Part shown: positions 21,465 to 32,843 of the stretch, piece by piece
Layout of the letters: each line of letters opens with the position of its first letter
Numbering within the stretch: the stretch's first letter is position 1
Assembly: GCA_963736855.1 (NCBI GenBank)
Contig: CAVTQK010000021.1
Location: forward strand, 512,001-576,000
DNA: 64,000 bases
Reading direction: 5' to 3'
Source of the DNA: an uncultured delta proteobacterium
GTDB lineage: Bacteria; Desulfobacterota; Desulfobacteria; Desulfobacterales; UBA2156
The notes under the pieces: generated by a model
The model's input: only the letters and a program-made list of their open reading frames with translations
The model's database searches: none
Told to the model about the DNA's origin: nothing
Position numbers and translations under genes: made by a program

Positions 21465-22019
21465 ATGCAAAAATTGATTATTTCCGTGATCGGCTACGAT
21501 CGGCCGGGTATCATCGCTGCCATCAGCCGTGCCCTTTTCGAACAGGGATGCAACATTGAAAATGTCTCTCAAACGATCCTGCAATCGCAGTTTGCCGGCG
21601 TCTTCATCGCTTCCATACCCTCTGAATTCACGGTGGAAAGTCTTTCCCGACAACTGGAAAAAGATATGACTGCAATGGGCCTGCAAGTGCACCTCATGCC
21701 GTTTTCCCTCCAACCACCCTGTTTTCAAAACATAAATAGCCAACCCTTCGTGATCACCACTCAGGGACCCGACCGGAAAGGCCTTGTGGCCGGGATCACC
21801 GAGGTTATCGCCCGGCATGGCGCCAACGTCACCAACCTACAGGCTGTTTTTAAGGGGGGGGAAATTCCCGGTGACAACATCATGATCTACGAAGTGGACA
21901 TCCCCGAATCCACGGACTGGCAGGCCTTCAACGTGGACCTAAGAGCGCGTGCATCCGATTTGAACCTTCAGATCAGCATCCAGCACCGAAACATCTTTGA
22001 AGCCATTAACCGGATTTAG
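21465..22019 (+). CDS. Tandem ACT-domain protein (GcvR-like)
   Basis: IGYDRPGIIA and GPDRKGLVA; ends QHRNIFEAINRI; upstream of a PFL-family gene. Confidence 0.85.
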   Translation: MQKLIISVIGYDRPGIIAAISRALFEQGCNIENVSQTILQSQFAGVFIASIPSEFTVESLSRQLEKDMTAMGLQVHLMPFSLQPPCFQNINSQPFVITTQGPDRKGLVAGITEVIARHGANVTNLQAVFKGGEIPGDNIMIYEVDIPESTDWQAFNVDLRARASDLNLQISIQHRNIFEAINRI

Positions 22020-22031
22020 ACGGGGAAAACC

Positions 22032-23406
22032 ATGCTAAGCGACCGCGAGATCCTTTCCACTCTGGAGATGTTGACGAAACGAACATCTGGACGTGCGCAC
22101 GGTGACTCTGGGTATCAACCTTTTCACTTGTGTATCCCATAGTCTGAAGCGACTGAGAGCCAATATCCGTAAAAAAATCTTCTCCCATGCCAAAAATTTG
22201 GTTGTAACCTGTAACGCAATAGAGGACAAATACGGCATCCCGGTGGTGAACAAAAGGATCGCCGTCAGCCCCATCGCAGCCGTCGGAGCCCCGTTTGCTG
22301 CCGATGAATTGGTTGAAGTCGCCAAAACCCTGGATGCAGTCGCCGTCGAGGTTAATGTCGACTTCATCGGCGGTTTCAGCGCGCTGGTGGAAAAAGGGCT
22401 GGCCTCAGGCGATCGCAGCCTCATTCATGCCATCCCCAAAGCGCTTTGTGAAACCGAGCGGGTATGTGCCTCTGTGAATGTGGCTTCCACCCGGGCGGGC
22501 ATCAACATCGACGCCGTTTTGATGATGGGAGACGTGATCCGTAAAACGGCGGAATTATCCGCCCATCGGGACGGTATCGGCTGTGCCAAGTTGTGCGTTT
22601 TTGCAAATATCCCTCAGGATATCCCTTTCATGGCCGGTGCGTATTTAGGCATCGGGGAAGCCGAGGCGGTTATTAATGTGGGGGTAAGCGGGCCGGGCGT
22701 GGTTAAAAAGGCCATCGATCGCGCATTGGAATCGAATCCGCGCCTGGATTTGGGACAGCTTTCGGATCTGATTAAAAAAACCGCTTACAAGGTAACCCGG
22801 GTGGGGGAGCTTATCGGCCGGGAAGTCGCAGAAAAACTTGGGATTCCCTTTGGAGTAGTGGATCTTTCCCTGGCTCCGACGCCTAATGTCGGCGACAGTG
22901 TCGGCGAAATCTTTCAGAGTCTGGGACTCGCCGCCATCGGCGTTCCCGGAACCACGGCCGCTCTGGCTCTTGTGACCGACGCAGTCAAGAAGGGTGGGGC
23001 ATTTGCCAGTTCCAAGGTCGGAGGATTGAGCGGCGCCTTCATACCGGTGAGCGAGGATCTCAACATTGCCGAAGCAGCCGGTTCCGGCTTCCTGAATATC
23101 GAGAAGCTCGAGGCCCTCACCAGCGTCTGCTCGGTGGGATTGGACATGATCGCCATCCCCGGGGATACGCCGGAAGCGTGTATCGCCGCCATCATCGCCG
23201 ATGAAATGGCCATAGGCGTCATCAATAAAAAAACCACTGCCGCCAGGCTGATCCCGGTCCCAGGGAAAAAAGCCGGGGACCGTGCCTATTTCGGCGGTCT
23301 TTTGGGGGAGGCTGTCATCATTCCCATCAATAACGCCGGAATCCCCAATCGATTCATCCTGCGCGGAGGACTCATCCCGGCTCCTATTCACAGCTTAACC
23401 AATTGA
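22032..23406 (+). CDS. PFL-family/DUF711 (UPF0210) protein; 1-nt frameshift near 22078
   Basis: MLSDREILSTLEML-(shift)-EHLDVRTVTLGI, NKRIAVSPI, VGGLSGAFIPVSED, VCSVGLDM. Confidence 0.88.
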
Positions 23407-23422
23407 CGGAAAGGAACCCGAC

Positions 23423-24202
23423 ATGAACTACGACCATCTCATCGTTTCTGCCGAGAATGATCACGTGGCCACCATTACCCTCAATCGTCCGGACCAATTG
23501 AATACCTTCAATACGGCGATGGCCATTGAACTGACTTCCGCCCTCGATGCCCTCGATGCCGATGCCGATACGTGCGTCATCATCATCAAAGGAGCCGGAA
23601 AAGCCTTTTGTGCCGGTATCGATGTCAAGGAACTTTCGGGAAAAACTACCCTTGAATATCGGGATTGGGTGGAACGCATGGAGAATCCGCTTCTAGCCAT
23701 CAGCCGCCTAAAGAAACCGGTCATCGCCCAGGTACATGGGGTGGCGGCGGCCAACGGCGCGGGCCTTGTGGCGGCTGCCGACTTGGCCACGGCCGCAGAA
23801 AACGCCCGAATGGGGTTGACCGCCATCAATGTGGGGCTCAACTGTGTCGGCCCGGTGCTCCCGGTCAGTCGTTCCGTCGGAAGAAAACGAGCCCTTGAAC
23901 TACTCTTTTCCGGTGATCTGATCCCGGCCCCGAAGGCTTTGGAGTGGGGCCTGATTAATCGCGTATTTCCCGCGGCCGACTTGGAAAAAGAAACACGAAG
24001 CTGGGCAAGAGCATTGGCGGGAAAAAGCCCCATCGCCCTTCAGATCGCCAAGAAAGCCTTTTACACAGCCGAGGGTCTGGAGTATCATAAAGCCTTTGAC
24101 TACATGAACGAGGCGTTTGCCCGGTTATGTTCCACAGAGGATGCTAAAGAGGGCGTCAGCGCGTTTTTCGAAAAACGACAACCCCACTGGAAACTTCGAT
24201 AA
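23423..24202 (+). CDS. Enoyl-CoA hydratase/isomerase family protein
   Basis: ITLNRP, AFCAGID, KPVIAQVHG, EGVSAFFEKR. Confidence 0.9.
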   Translation: MNYDHLIVSAENDHVATITLNRPDQLNTFNTAMAIELTSALDALDADADTCVIIIKGAGKAFCAGIDVKELSGKTTLEYRDWVERMENPLLAISRLKKPVIAQVHGVAAANGAGLVAAADLATAAENARMGLTAINVGLNCVGPVLPVSRSVGRKRALELLFSGDLIPAPKALEWGLINRVFPAADLEKETRSWARALAGKSPIALQIAKKAFYTAEGLEYHKAFDYMNEAFARLCSTEDAKEGVSAFFEKRQPHWKLR

Positions 24203-24245
24203 ACGCTTCAGAAACCGGAAACGCTTTAAAACCGATTCGTAAATA

Positions 24246-24402
24246 TTGATGAAATCGTAAAAACTCAAAATTAGGATGGCAAAGGAAAAAGCTTCAGATG
24301 CAAGGCGCGCAAATCCTGAGGAATGAGGCGTACATATGAGTACGCCGCAATGACGAAGGATGCAGTGCAACGCAGGAGATGGACTTTTTACGAAGCCATC
24401 AA
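24246..24402 (-). repeat. MITE/REP-like element, copy B (diverged)
   Basis: TTGATGAAATCGTAAAAA...GGACTTTTTACGAAGCCATCAA; lies between convergent genes. Confidence 0.8.
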
Positions 24403-24404
24403 TA

Positions 24405-24803
24405 TTATCGTATTGTCACCACAGGGCAATCGGCCTTCAAGATAACGTGCTGGGCCGTGGAGCCGAATATCAGTTTTCCCACTTTCGATTTTCTTCGAAC
24501 GCCGATGAGGATCTCTTCTATCCCGTTTTCCTTTGCAAATCGAACCAGGTCCTCGCCGGGAGTCATCCCGCGGATTAACAGGTGGGTGTTGCATGCGACT
24601 CCCGCGGTTTCGACCTTTTTCTTTCGATTGTTCAAGAGTTCTTCGGCCTTTCGAATGGCCTCCTGCTCGCTTTCATCTCCTTTTTCCATGGAAATGACGA
24701 GTTCCAGATTTCCGCGAAAGGCCTTTGCGTGTCGAACGGCTAAATCCAAAACCTTTTCGGAAATCTCGGAATCATCAATGCCCGCCATGATTTTCATTGT
24801 CAT
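24405..24803 (-). CDS. Universal stress protein
   Basis: IMAGIDDS...ILIGVR...FGSTAQHVILKADCPVVTI. Confidence 0.9.
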   Translation of the reverse strand: MTMKIMAGIDDSEISEKVLDLAVRHAKAFRGNLELVISMEKGDESEQEAIRKAEELLNNRKKKVETAGVACNTHLLIRGMTPGEDLVRFAKENGIEEILIGVRRKSKVGKLIFGSTAQHVILKADCPVVTIR

Positions 24804-24862
24804 TCTTTATCTCCTTTTATTTTCAACCCCGCTTCTCAAATCGACCCCTCTATCGCGTAAGC

Positions 24863-25780
24863 TCAATTCACAGGAAACAGCCATTTCTCAAACGCCTGAT
24901 CTTCTCCTTCGATGATCTTTTGCATCGTGTCGGAAAGTGTCTTCACAACCGGTCCGGATGCACCCGGCAGAAATCGATCATCGATACGCATCAGTGGGAG
25001 GACCTTGAACGGCGTGCAGGAAAGAAACACTTCATCAGCCTCTAAAAACAGTTGAGGCAGGATGCGCATTTCTCTGGTCTCGATTCCTTTTGCCGATGAC
25101 ACCTCCAGCAGGGACTTCCGGGTGATGCTTTGCAAGATGGTACCGCCGATCGGCGTCATTAAAACCCCGTCTTTGACCATGAAAACCGATTCCGTCCCTC
25201 CTTCGGCGACAAATCCCTGGGTATCCAGCAGGATCGCCTGATCGAATCCTCTTTTTTTGGCTTCCATCCTGGCCATCATCCCGTTTAAATAATTGGCTGA
25301 AGCTTTTGCTTCTATAGGAACAGTCCGGGGATCCAGCTTTCGCCACCTGGAAATACAGGCTGAGGCTTCCGGTACCTCCGCGGCCTTGAACTCGGGCAAA
25401 TCCTCTTCGGGGTTCACCGCAAAGATAATCACGGTCAACGGCGCAGACGGAGGCAGAATATCCAGGGCGATTTCCGGATAGCAAGAAATAATTTTGATCA
25501 CCCCTTTTTTCATCCCATTTTTTCTCACTGTCTCCTTGACCCTTTCCTGAAGAAATTCGGGAGTCACCGGCATTTTCATTTCGAGAAATCGGGCGCTTTT
25601 AAAAAGACGAGTGACATGTTCGTCCAGCCTGAAAATCATAGGTTCAAATCGAGTTTCATGCAGGCTCAGCACCTCGAAGATGGCGGATCCTCGTGCAAAG
25701 CTGTGGCTGGCCACATGCACCTTAGCCTGTTCCCACGGAATAAACACATCATTGAAATATACCCACCGTTCTTTCAGCAT
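24863..25780 (-). CDS. Class IV aminotransferase (branched-chain type)
   Basis: FRLDEH..RL, EAKASANY, EGGTESVF, LQSITRKS. Confidence 0.88.
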   Translation of the reverse strand: MLKERWVYFNDVFIPWEQAKVHVASHSFARGSAIFEVLSLHETRFEPMIFRLDEHVTRLFKSARFLEMKMPVTPEFLQERVKETVRKNGMKKGVIKIISCYPEIALDILPPSAPLTVIIFAVNPEEDLPEFKAAEVPEASACISRWRKLDPRTVPIEAKASANYLNGMMARMEAKKRGFDQAILLDTQGFVAEGGTESVFMVKDGVLMTPIGGTILQSITRKSLLEVSSAKGIETREMRILPQLFLEADEVFLSCTPFKVLPLMRIDDRFLPGASGPVVKTLSDTMQKIIEGEDQAFEKWLFPVN

Positions 25781-25858
25781 AGTTCTTTCCTTTAGGGATC
25801 ATTACGTTTGTCCGTCGATGTATTTGCCATCCGATTTCGCAACCCATGTAAGTTTTCT

Positions 25859-26377
25859 CTACCGCATGGCTTTGATGACAGCGCGCATGAAGGCCGGAAG
25901 GTCATCGGGAGTACGGCTGGTGATAAGGTTTCCATCAATAACCACTTCCTCGTCCACCCAGGTCGCTCCTGCGTGAATGAGGTCATCCTTGATCGCAAAA
26001 AAGGATGTGACGATTTTTCCTTTCAGGACCTTGGCGGATGCGAGCATCCACCCCGCATGGCAGATGGCGGCCACGACCTTTCCGGCTAAAAAAAGGTCCC
26101 GGACAAGGGCCACCATCTCCGGATGCCGCCGCATATGATCCGGTGCGTATCCTCCGGGAATGATGATACCGTCATAATCTTTGGCCGAAACATCAACGGC
26201 GGCGACATCAACTTTGGCGAGAGTGCCGTCTTTACCGTGATACCGGTCTGCGCTTCCGGATCCCACCACACAAACCCTTGCTCCGGCTTCTTTCAGCCGG
26301 TAATACGGATACCAGAACTCGAAGACGTTAAACATCTCCTCCACGAAAAGAATCACTTTTTTACCTTCCAGTTCCAT
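25859..26377 (-). CDS. PfpI/DJ-1 family protein
   Basis: IIIPGG, AAICHAGW, LITSRTPDDL. Confidence 0.92.
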   Translation of the reverse strand: MELEGKKVILFVEEMFNVFEFWYPYYRLKEAGARVCVVGSGSADRYHGKDGTLAKVDVAAVDVSAKDYDGIIIPGGYAPDHMRRHPEMVALVRDLFLAGKVVAAICHAGWMLASAKVLKGKIVTSFFAIKDDLIHAGATWVDEEVVIDGNLITSRTPDDLPAFMRAVIKAMR

Positions 26378-26421
26378 GAAAAGCCACCTTTCTTTAACAG
26401 CATTTTATCGACGCATCATTT

Positions 26422-26578
26422 TTGATGAACTCGTAAAAAGTCGAAAATCAGATGGCAAAGTAAAAAGTTCAAGTTCAAGGCGTCGCGAATCCCGTGTGAT
26501 GAGGCGTACTTATCATACGTCGAAATCGCAACGGGATGAAGCGCAACGCAGAAATTGGACTTTTTACGAAGCCATCAT
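26422..26578 (-). repeat. MITE/REP-like element, copy C
   Basis: Reverse complement of 14914-15070 with few differences. Confidence 0.85.
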
Positions 26579-26699
26579 TTTCGATCATACCCGATCTATA
26601 TGATTTTCTGCAAGCCTGGGAATACGCCATATTTTGAATACTGCCTGGTTTGGATCCCCTGCCCGGTCGCTCCAAAACATGTCGCATTCGGCCGTGTCC

Positions 26700-28508
26700 T
26701 TAATCCCTTAACCTGACGATGAGTTCCTTTTTTCTACCATCTTTGAAATGAACGAGGCCTTCCTCGCAGATGCGAAGGAAGGGAATCGAAGCACCGGTGA
26801 GGATCACCAGAGTGAGCAAAGGATTCGCAAAGGGGATCCCCAGTGCCGATGCCGCTTTATGAATCAAGGACAGTTTACGCTGAAGAGATTTCAGGGGTAA
26901 TTCATTGATGAGTCCAAAGATTGGAAGCGGCAGCTCAGCCCGAATTTTCCCCCGGGAACAGATCACCGCACCTCCCTGCAGTTCGTAAATCCGATTGACC
27001 GCAAGCGCCATATCGGATTCATCAGCACCCACAACGACGATATCTGATGTATCCCAAGCCGCACTTGACGCAAATGCGCCGCTCTTCATGTAAAAGCCCT
27101 TGATGAATCCGACGAACATTTTTCCCGGATGTTTCGTTCGATCTATGGCGGCCACCTTGAGAATGTCCCGAGATAAATCGGAAACCAGCCGTCCGTCTTT
27201 TACTTCCAGTGAAACTTCCCGCTCCTGGGTGATCAGCCCGGTAACCTGCTCAATCACCCTGACATCGGCAAAGCGTCCTCTTTTTCGCGTTGAAACAACA
27301 AAATCCTCCGGCGACAGGAGGCGCTTCAGGTGTACGCTGTGCAGGCTTGCATCCGAGAAAACGTGGGTTCTGGGAGTCGCCAGAAGCTTTCCGTTTCGTG
27401 CGATCATCTTGCCGTTGCTGATAACCATCTCGGGCCGGATGGTTTTAATATCCGGTATGATCAGGAGGTCTGCATATCGCCCTGGTGCAATTCCCCCAAC
27501 CCGATGATCAATTGAAAAATGCTCTGCCACATTCAGGGTAGCCATTTGGACGGCAGTCACCGGATCGAATCCGCAATCGATGGCTTTTTGGACCACGTTC
27601 TCCATATACCCCTTTTCCAGAAGATCCTGGGGCGTGATCCCATCCGTTACCAGGATCAGCCTTCTCGTTTCGACCCCTGCATCTTTTATCTTCGAAACTG
27701 CTGCCAAGTCGTGTCGGATACTCCCTTCCCGAATCATGACCCATAGCCCCAGCCTGAGTCTTTCCAGCGCCTCTTGTGAGGTTATCGGTTCATGACAGGA
27801 AGAAGGTCCCATGGCAGCGTAGGCATTCAGCTTCATTCCACGAGCACCGGCAGTGTGCCCTTCGATGGCTTTATTAAAGCGAAGCGTCTCTAAAAAAGCG
27901 GGCAAAAACTTCCCGGGATTTTGAAGCACGCCCTGCCAGTAGGATTCCCCGAGCCCAACCACCGAAGGATGAGATAACAACCTTTTGAGTATCGTTTGGG
28001 ATATCCCCTGCGTACTCTTGCTTATGGATCCCATGGCAGGTGCTGTGACGAATATTTTGACGGGCTGATCTTCAGTCGATGCTATAAAATCCATTACTCC
28101 TTTTAAACCAGCCACCGGAAACGGCTCCATAGTCTCCGTAACCAGGGTGGTGGTGCCTCCGACCATGGCCTTTCTCAGGAATTCCGTAATACTGAAAATC
28201 CAAGCCAGATGGGCGTGCCCGTCGATAAGGCCGGGGATCACCGTTTTTTTCCGCGCATTGATGACTACAGTTTTATTACCGATGGTATGTCCCAGATCTT
28301 CTCCTATACAAGCGATTTTTTCTCCATGTACAGCAATAGACCATCCGTCCAGGATCTCTCCTGTATAGACATTGACAACCCGACCTCCATGAATAACCAA
28401 GGTTGCTTTTTGATCTCCCATCGCCACCCGTATCAAGTCTGAAGCGGCTTCTTGGATTGATGAAGACTTCGGTATCCTAACGCATCGTTTCCCCTTTTTC
28501 ATTTTCAA
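26700..28508 (-). CDS. ade: Adenine deaminase family protein
   Basis: PGLIDGHAH, SCHE, MIREGS, GGIAPGRYAD, C-terminal ELPLPIFGL. Confidence 0.8.
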   Translation of the reverse strand: MKMKKGKRCVRIPKSSSIQEAASDLIRVAMGDQKATLVIHGGRVVNVYTGEILDGWSIAVHGEKIACIGEDLGHTIGNKTVVINARKKTVIPGLIDGHAHLAWIFSITEFLRKAMVGGTTTLVTETMEPFPVAGLKGVMDFIASTEDQPVKIFVTAPAMGSISKSTQGISQTILKRLLSHPSVVGLGESYWQGVLQNPGKFLPAFLETLRFNKAIEGHTAGARGMKLNAYAAMGPSSCHEPITSQEALERLRLGLWVMIREGSIRHDLAAVSKIKDAGVETRRLILVTDGITPQDLLEKGYMENVVQKAIDCGFDPVTAVQMATLNVAEHFSIDHRVGGIAPGRYADLLIIPDIKTIRPEMVISNGKMIARNGKLLATPRTHVFSDASLHSVHLKRLLSPEDFVVSTRKRGRFADVRVIEQVTGLITQEREVSLEVKDGRLVSDLSRDILKVAAIDRTKHPGKMFVGFIKGFYMKSGAFASSAAWDTSDIVVVGADESDMALAVNRIYELQGGAVICSRGKIRAELPLPIFGLINELPLKSLQRKLSLIHKAASALGIPFANPLLTLVILTGASIPFLRICEEGLVHFKDGRKKELIVRLRD

Positions 28509-28686
28509 GCCCTCTCAGCTCGAGCCACGAATCCGATTTTTAAGAAAAAAAACAAACCGCGATCTCTTTATCTTCAATCTGACGATCGATCAAGTACCGT
28601 CTGGATTATCCTGTTGCATCACCCGACACCTCGTATTATGAACCGACGATCGGCAATAAACCTCAAAAATATTTTCGGGAGATCGA

Positions 28687-29556
28687 TTGAAAACTGGAAT
28701 CATCCTGATTTCCGTCGGCGCTTTTCTGATCAGTTTTTCTGCCGTGTTTGTAAAACTCGCCCACATCAGTCCGACCATGGCGGGTTTTTATCGGATGTTC
28801 TTCGGGGGTTGCACCTTGTCGCTGATTCTATTTATCAGGAGAGAAAATCCCTTTTACAGCTTTGGGATTTTGGGAATCCAGATTGTCTGCGGTTTTTTCT
28901 TCGCCTTAGATCTATTCCTCTGGCACCGGTCCATCCATTACGTGGGGCCCGGGATAGCCACCATACTCGCCAATTTTCAGGTCTTTGTCATGGCAGTATA
29001 CGGCTTGGTCGCCCTCAGGGAGCGAATCACTTTAGGGCTGGCCTTTTCCATGCCCATGGCTATCCTAGGGCTTTTTCTTCTTGCGGGGATCGGCCGGAAA
29101 GATCTGCCGTCCGATGCACATGTTGGGATTGAATTGGGGCTGGCGACGGCTGCCAGTTACGCCTGCTATCTAATCTTTCTGCAGAAGCTGCAGCGACGCC
29201 CGAAAGTCCCATCCCCCATTGCGAATCTGGCGGTGATTTCTCTCGTGACGGCCGGGTTGCTGGCCGTGACTTCTGTCGCTGAACAAGTCGAATTCACCAT
29301 CCCGGACCTTCACACATTTTTCTACATGCTGGGATACGGTATCCTATGCCAGGTGTTAGGGTGGGTTTTCATCACGAAGGGATTACCGAGAATCAGATCG
29401 TCCCTGGCGGGATTGCTCCTGCTGATCCAGCCCGCATTTTCCTTTATTTGGGACATCCTCTTCTTTCAACGACCCACGACTCCCGTGGAATTATTCGGAG
29501 CGATCCTCGCCATTAGCGCCATCTATTTCGGGACTGTATCCCGATCCTCAGGATAG
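28687..29556 (+). CDS. DMT/EamA family transporter
   Basis: About 10 TM helices; LISFSAVFVK, ATILANFQ, LLLIQP. Confidence 0.85.
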   Translation: MKTGIILISVGAFLISFSAVFVKLAHISPTMAGFYRMFFGGCTLSLILFIRRENPFYSFGILGIQIVCGFFFALDLFLWHRSIHYVGPGIATILANFQVFVMAVYGLVALRERITLGLAFSMPMAILGLFLLAGIGRKDLPSDAHVGIELGLATAASYACYLIFLQKLQRRPKVPSPIANLAVISLVTAGLLAVTSVAEQVEFTIPDLHTFFYMLGYGILCQVLGWVFITKGLPRIRSSLAGLLLLIQPAFSFIWDILFFQRPTTPVELFGAILAISAIYFGTVSRSSG

Positions 29557-29577
29557 CTTTAGCCTGGGATCTGTCTG

Positions 29578-30532
29578 CTAGAGCTCAACCATAATGCCCA
29601 GACCTTTTTCGTTGGCGGCTTTCAAAACTGCGGCTGCCGCTGCCGCATCCTGAACCGCCAGGCCTACGGACTTGAAAAAGGTAATTTCCTCGTCGTCCCT
29701 TCTCCCGGGCTTTTTTCCGTTGACGATTTCTCCGATTTCAGACTCGATGGATGCTCTGGAAAGAATAATATCCCCGGCTTCGGCCATGCAAGCTTCTTTT
29801 GAGTCCACGACAACCCTCGCACGCCGGACGGTCTTCTCGTCGATCTCCTGCATCTGAGGGGTAAATGATCCCACCCCGGTGACATGGGTGCCGGGTTCAA
29901 GGTCGTCCCCGTTAAAAACAGGAGACTTCGAAGTGGTGGCGGCAATCACAATATCCGCACCTGAAACAGCTTCCTTAGGAGAGTCAACCACACTCACAGT
30001 GGAAATAATCCCCTGGATCTCTGCGGCTAATTTTTCCGCCGTGGTCTGAACCCGATCAAAGATCTTTACATTTGAAATGGAACGAACGGTCAGAACGCTA
30101 TCTAATTGCGCGCGGGCCTGAACACCGGCACCGAAAAGGGCTAACGTTTTAGAGTCTTTCCGCGACAAGAGATCCGCAGCCAAGACCACCGGCAGCACCG
30201 GTGCGCAGCGCCGTGAGGCTCTCGCCGTTTATTACGGCAAGTGGAAAACCCGTATCCGGATTGATAACTATGACTATCGCCCCAATAACCGGAAGACCAA
30301 GAGAAGCATTCTTTTCGAAGACCGATACCACTTTGATTCCCATGGCTTTAATCGACGGCAGGAAAGCCGGCATCAACAGGGTCACGCCATCGGGCACATG
30401 AAAACGTGACCTCAGCGGCATAATGGCCTTTCCGGAAGAAAACTCTCCGAAAGCGACACGCATCGCCTCAATGGCTTCCTTCATGCTGAGTGCTTCTTTG
30501 ACATCTTTTGCGGTCAGAATCCTAAGCTTCAT
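29578..30532 (-). CDS. Ornithine cyclodeaminase/mu-crystallin family protein; 1-nt frameshift near 30181
   Basis: [16 protein letters not shown](shift)-[22 protein letters not shown]. Confidence 0.85.
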
Positions 30533-31106
30533 ACAATATTTTATCTCCCTCTCCCCATCGTTGAAACAGTTGATGCGGGATGCCCAGATAATCGAAGACC
30601 TTGCCGATGGTCTGGTGAATGATGTCGTCGATCGTCTTGGGCCTGTGATAAAAAGATGGGATCGGGGGCAGGATATGGGCTCCCATGTCGGCAGCTAAGG
30701 TCATCAATCTTAAGTGACCCTTATGCAGTGGTGTCTCCCGTACCACGAGGACCAGCTTCCGCTTTTCCTTAAGGGTCACATCGGCGGCGCGGACCATTAG
30801 GTTGCTGTCATACGAATTAGCGATGGCAGACAAGGTTTTGATCGTGCAGGGGACAACCACCATCCCTTCCGTCAAGAAGGAACCGCTGGCAAGGGGGGCG
30901 GTCAGGTCCTTGTCATCATGAATGAAATCGGCCATGGAAGCAACTTGATCCGGCGTATGTCCGGTTTCGATCCGAATGTTGATCTTTCCCGTATCGGATA
31001 TGATAAGATGGGTTTCGTAATCCGTTTCCTTGAGCAACGAAAGCATCCGCACCCCATAAATGACGCCGGAAGCTCCGGATATTCCTATGACGATGCGTTT
31101 GGGCAT
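30522..31106 (-). CDS. ubiX: Flavin prenyltransferase
   Basis: GISGASG, ASGSF, RAADVTLKEKRKLVLVVRETP, PSFYHRP. Confidence 0.93.
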   Translation of the reverse strand: MPKRIVIGISGASGVIYGVRMLSLLKETDYETHLIISDTGKINIRIETGHTPDQVASMADFIHDDKDLTAPLASGSFLTEGMVVVPCTIKTLSAIANSYDSNLMVRAADVTLKEKRKLVLVVRETPLHKGHLRLMTLAADMGAHILPPIPSFYHRPKTIDDIIHQTIGKVFDYLGIPHQLFQRWGEGDKILYEA

Positions 31107-31109
31107 CTT

Positions 31110-31556
31110 CTACCCTTTCATTCCTTGCCGTTTAATGCTTTTAACCCGGCTTTTGCTTTTCAGCCGGGCGATTCTTTTTAAAATCAATTCCGTCAATACT
31201 TCGCTGTTTCGAATGACTCGTAAAATCCCTTCCGGCGAAAGTCTATCCCAATGGATCCCTGCGGTCACCACCACCCGAGTATTCAGAGTTGCCGACAGGA
31301 TTTCGGAAATAGCTTTGGCCATTTCGTCTTCCTTATGTCCGAGTACACAAAACACCGAAGCCGTGCTGCTGATCGTTTGGGGATCTTTTAAGCTCGGCCT
31401 TGGCTGAGCGATGGCCACCGCCCCAACATGGGGCGCATCCCCGCCCCAGATGGAAATTACAAAATCCTCACCGACTTGCCTCACGCTTGCCTCAAGATCA
31501 TAAGATCGGGTTCGGGTCTTGAGGGTGAAAACGGCGGCCTTTTTCTTGATACTCAT
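31110..31556 (-). CDS. LpdD-like prenylated-FMN chaperone
   Basis: GGDAPHVGAVA, GHKED, VTAGIH; adjacent to ubiX. Confidence 0.7.
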   Translation of the reverse strand: MSIKKKAAVFTLKTRTRSYDLEASVRQVGEDFVISIWGGDAPHVGAVAIAQPRPSLKDPQTISSTASVFCVLGHKEDEMAKAISEILSATLNTRVVVTAGIHWDRLSPEGILRVIRNSEVLTELILKRIARLKSKSRVKSIKRQGMKG

Positions 31557-31619
31557 GAAATCAATCCCAATTTCCTTAATAAAAGTTCTGCCTCATTCTT
31601 GATACGCTTTTCCAAAATT

Positions 31620-32843
31620 TCATTCATTAAAAAGTGTCTCGGCCTCCCTGAGGATCGCCTCGGCAAAACCGGCATCCTCCATGTTGGCCTCTACTTCCAG
31701 AAAACGGATCTCCGGTTTAAGCCGAGCTTTAAGGGTTTCCGAAAAGACCCGATCCGTTTCCGGATCGTGGGTGGGATTCCCCGGGGCATCCACTGCCGAC
31801 CATCCCCGCGTGGGGATGACGACCGTCACAAGACCCTCGGCGACATTGAGTTTGTCGGCAAATGCACAGGCGACCTGGATGAGTTCCTCAGGGGAGAGCC
31901 GGATCCATGTTCGATGTTTATCCAGATCATATTTGGGTCGTTTAAGGTATTCGGACTTGTATTTGGACTTGGACGGCGTCATGTGATTGACGCTGCAGGT
32001 AGAAATAACCTGCGGGATGCCGACTCTTCCGGCCGACTCCATCCGATCGGCCCCGGCATCCCTCATGAAACCGAAGAGATGTTCGCCCACGCCGCCCGGT
32101 GCAAGATCCACCACGCCGTTGAAAAATCCCTCCTGGATCATCTTTTCCATGGCCCGGTCCCCGATTCCGGCGGCTGAAAAGCCGATCACCTGGAATCCGG
32201 CCCTCTCCAACCCCTCCCTGACAGCACTCGCGCATTTCTCGCATGGACCGAGCATGGTCAGCGCGATTTTTTTTCTATTTCCGGATTGGACCGGAGACAC
32301 ATCGTCCCTGACCATGCCGGCCATGGCCCAAGCGGCCCGATCCAGAACGTTTTTCAAAAGGTCTGTCACACCGGAGATCTCAATGACCGAATGCAACAGA
32401 GCGATGTCTCCGGTTCCGATGTAGCGAGTGGAAAGACCGGGAAGCGCTGCCGTGGAGCTGATCATCAGCTTGGGTATTCCGAACGGCAGGGATTGCATGA
32501 CATCGCAAGCCATAAGCGACCCCGTGGAACCACCGATCCCAATAACACCGTTGATCCGTTTTTTCGAAAGCAGGTTCTTGGCAATGGCCGAAGCTCCTGT
32601 CGTGATGATTCTCGTAATCCGGGCGCGGTCCCGGGATTCCCGGATTTCTTCGATACGCCCCCCGCCGGCTTCGGCCACATTTTCAGCGGGGATTTCAGCC
32701 GAAAACCCGCCTTTCCCGCCCATGGAAATATCCATGATCTGCGGCATCATCCCGATGGCCGAAAGCTTATCCTTCAGATACCGTGTTTCTTCTCCCTTGG
32801 TATCCAGCGTGGAAAGGATGAGGACGGATTTTTTTTTGGTCAT
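31620..32843 (-). CDS. Tm-1-like ATP-binding domain protein (UPF0261)
   Basis: STLDTKGEE, GIGGSTGS, LPFGIPKLMISS. Confidence 0.85.
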   Translation of the reverse strand: MTKKKSVLILSTLDTKGEETRYLKDKLSAIGMMPQIMDISMGGKGGFSAEIPAENVAEAGGGRIEEIRESRDRARITRIITTGASAIAKNLLSKKRINGVIGIGGSTGSLMACDVMQSLPFGIPKLMISSTAALPGLSTRYIGTGDIALLHSVIEISGVTDLLKNVLDRAAWAMAGMVRDDVSPVQSGNRKKIALTMLGPCEKCASAVREGLERAGFQVIGFSAAGIGDRAMEKMIQEGFFNGVVDLAPGGVGEHLFGFMRDAGADRMESAGRVGIPQVISTCSVNHMTPSKSKYKSEYLKRPKYDLDKHRTWIRLSPEELIQVACAFADKLNVAEGLVTVVIPTRGWSAVDAPGNPTHDPETDRVFSETLKARLKPEIRFLEVEANMEDAGFAEAILREAETLFNE

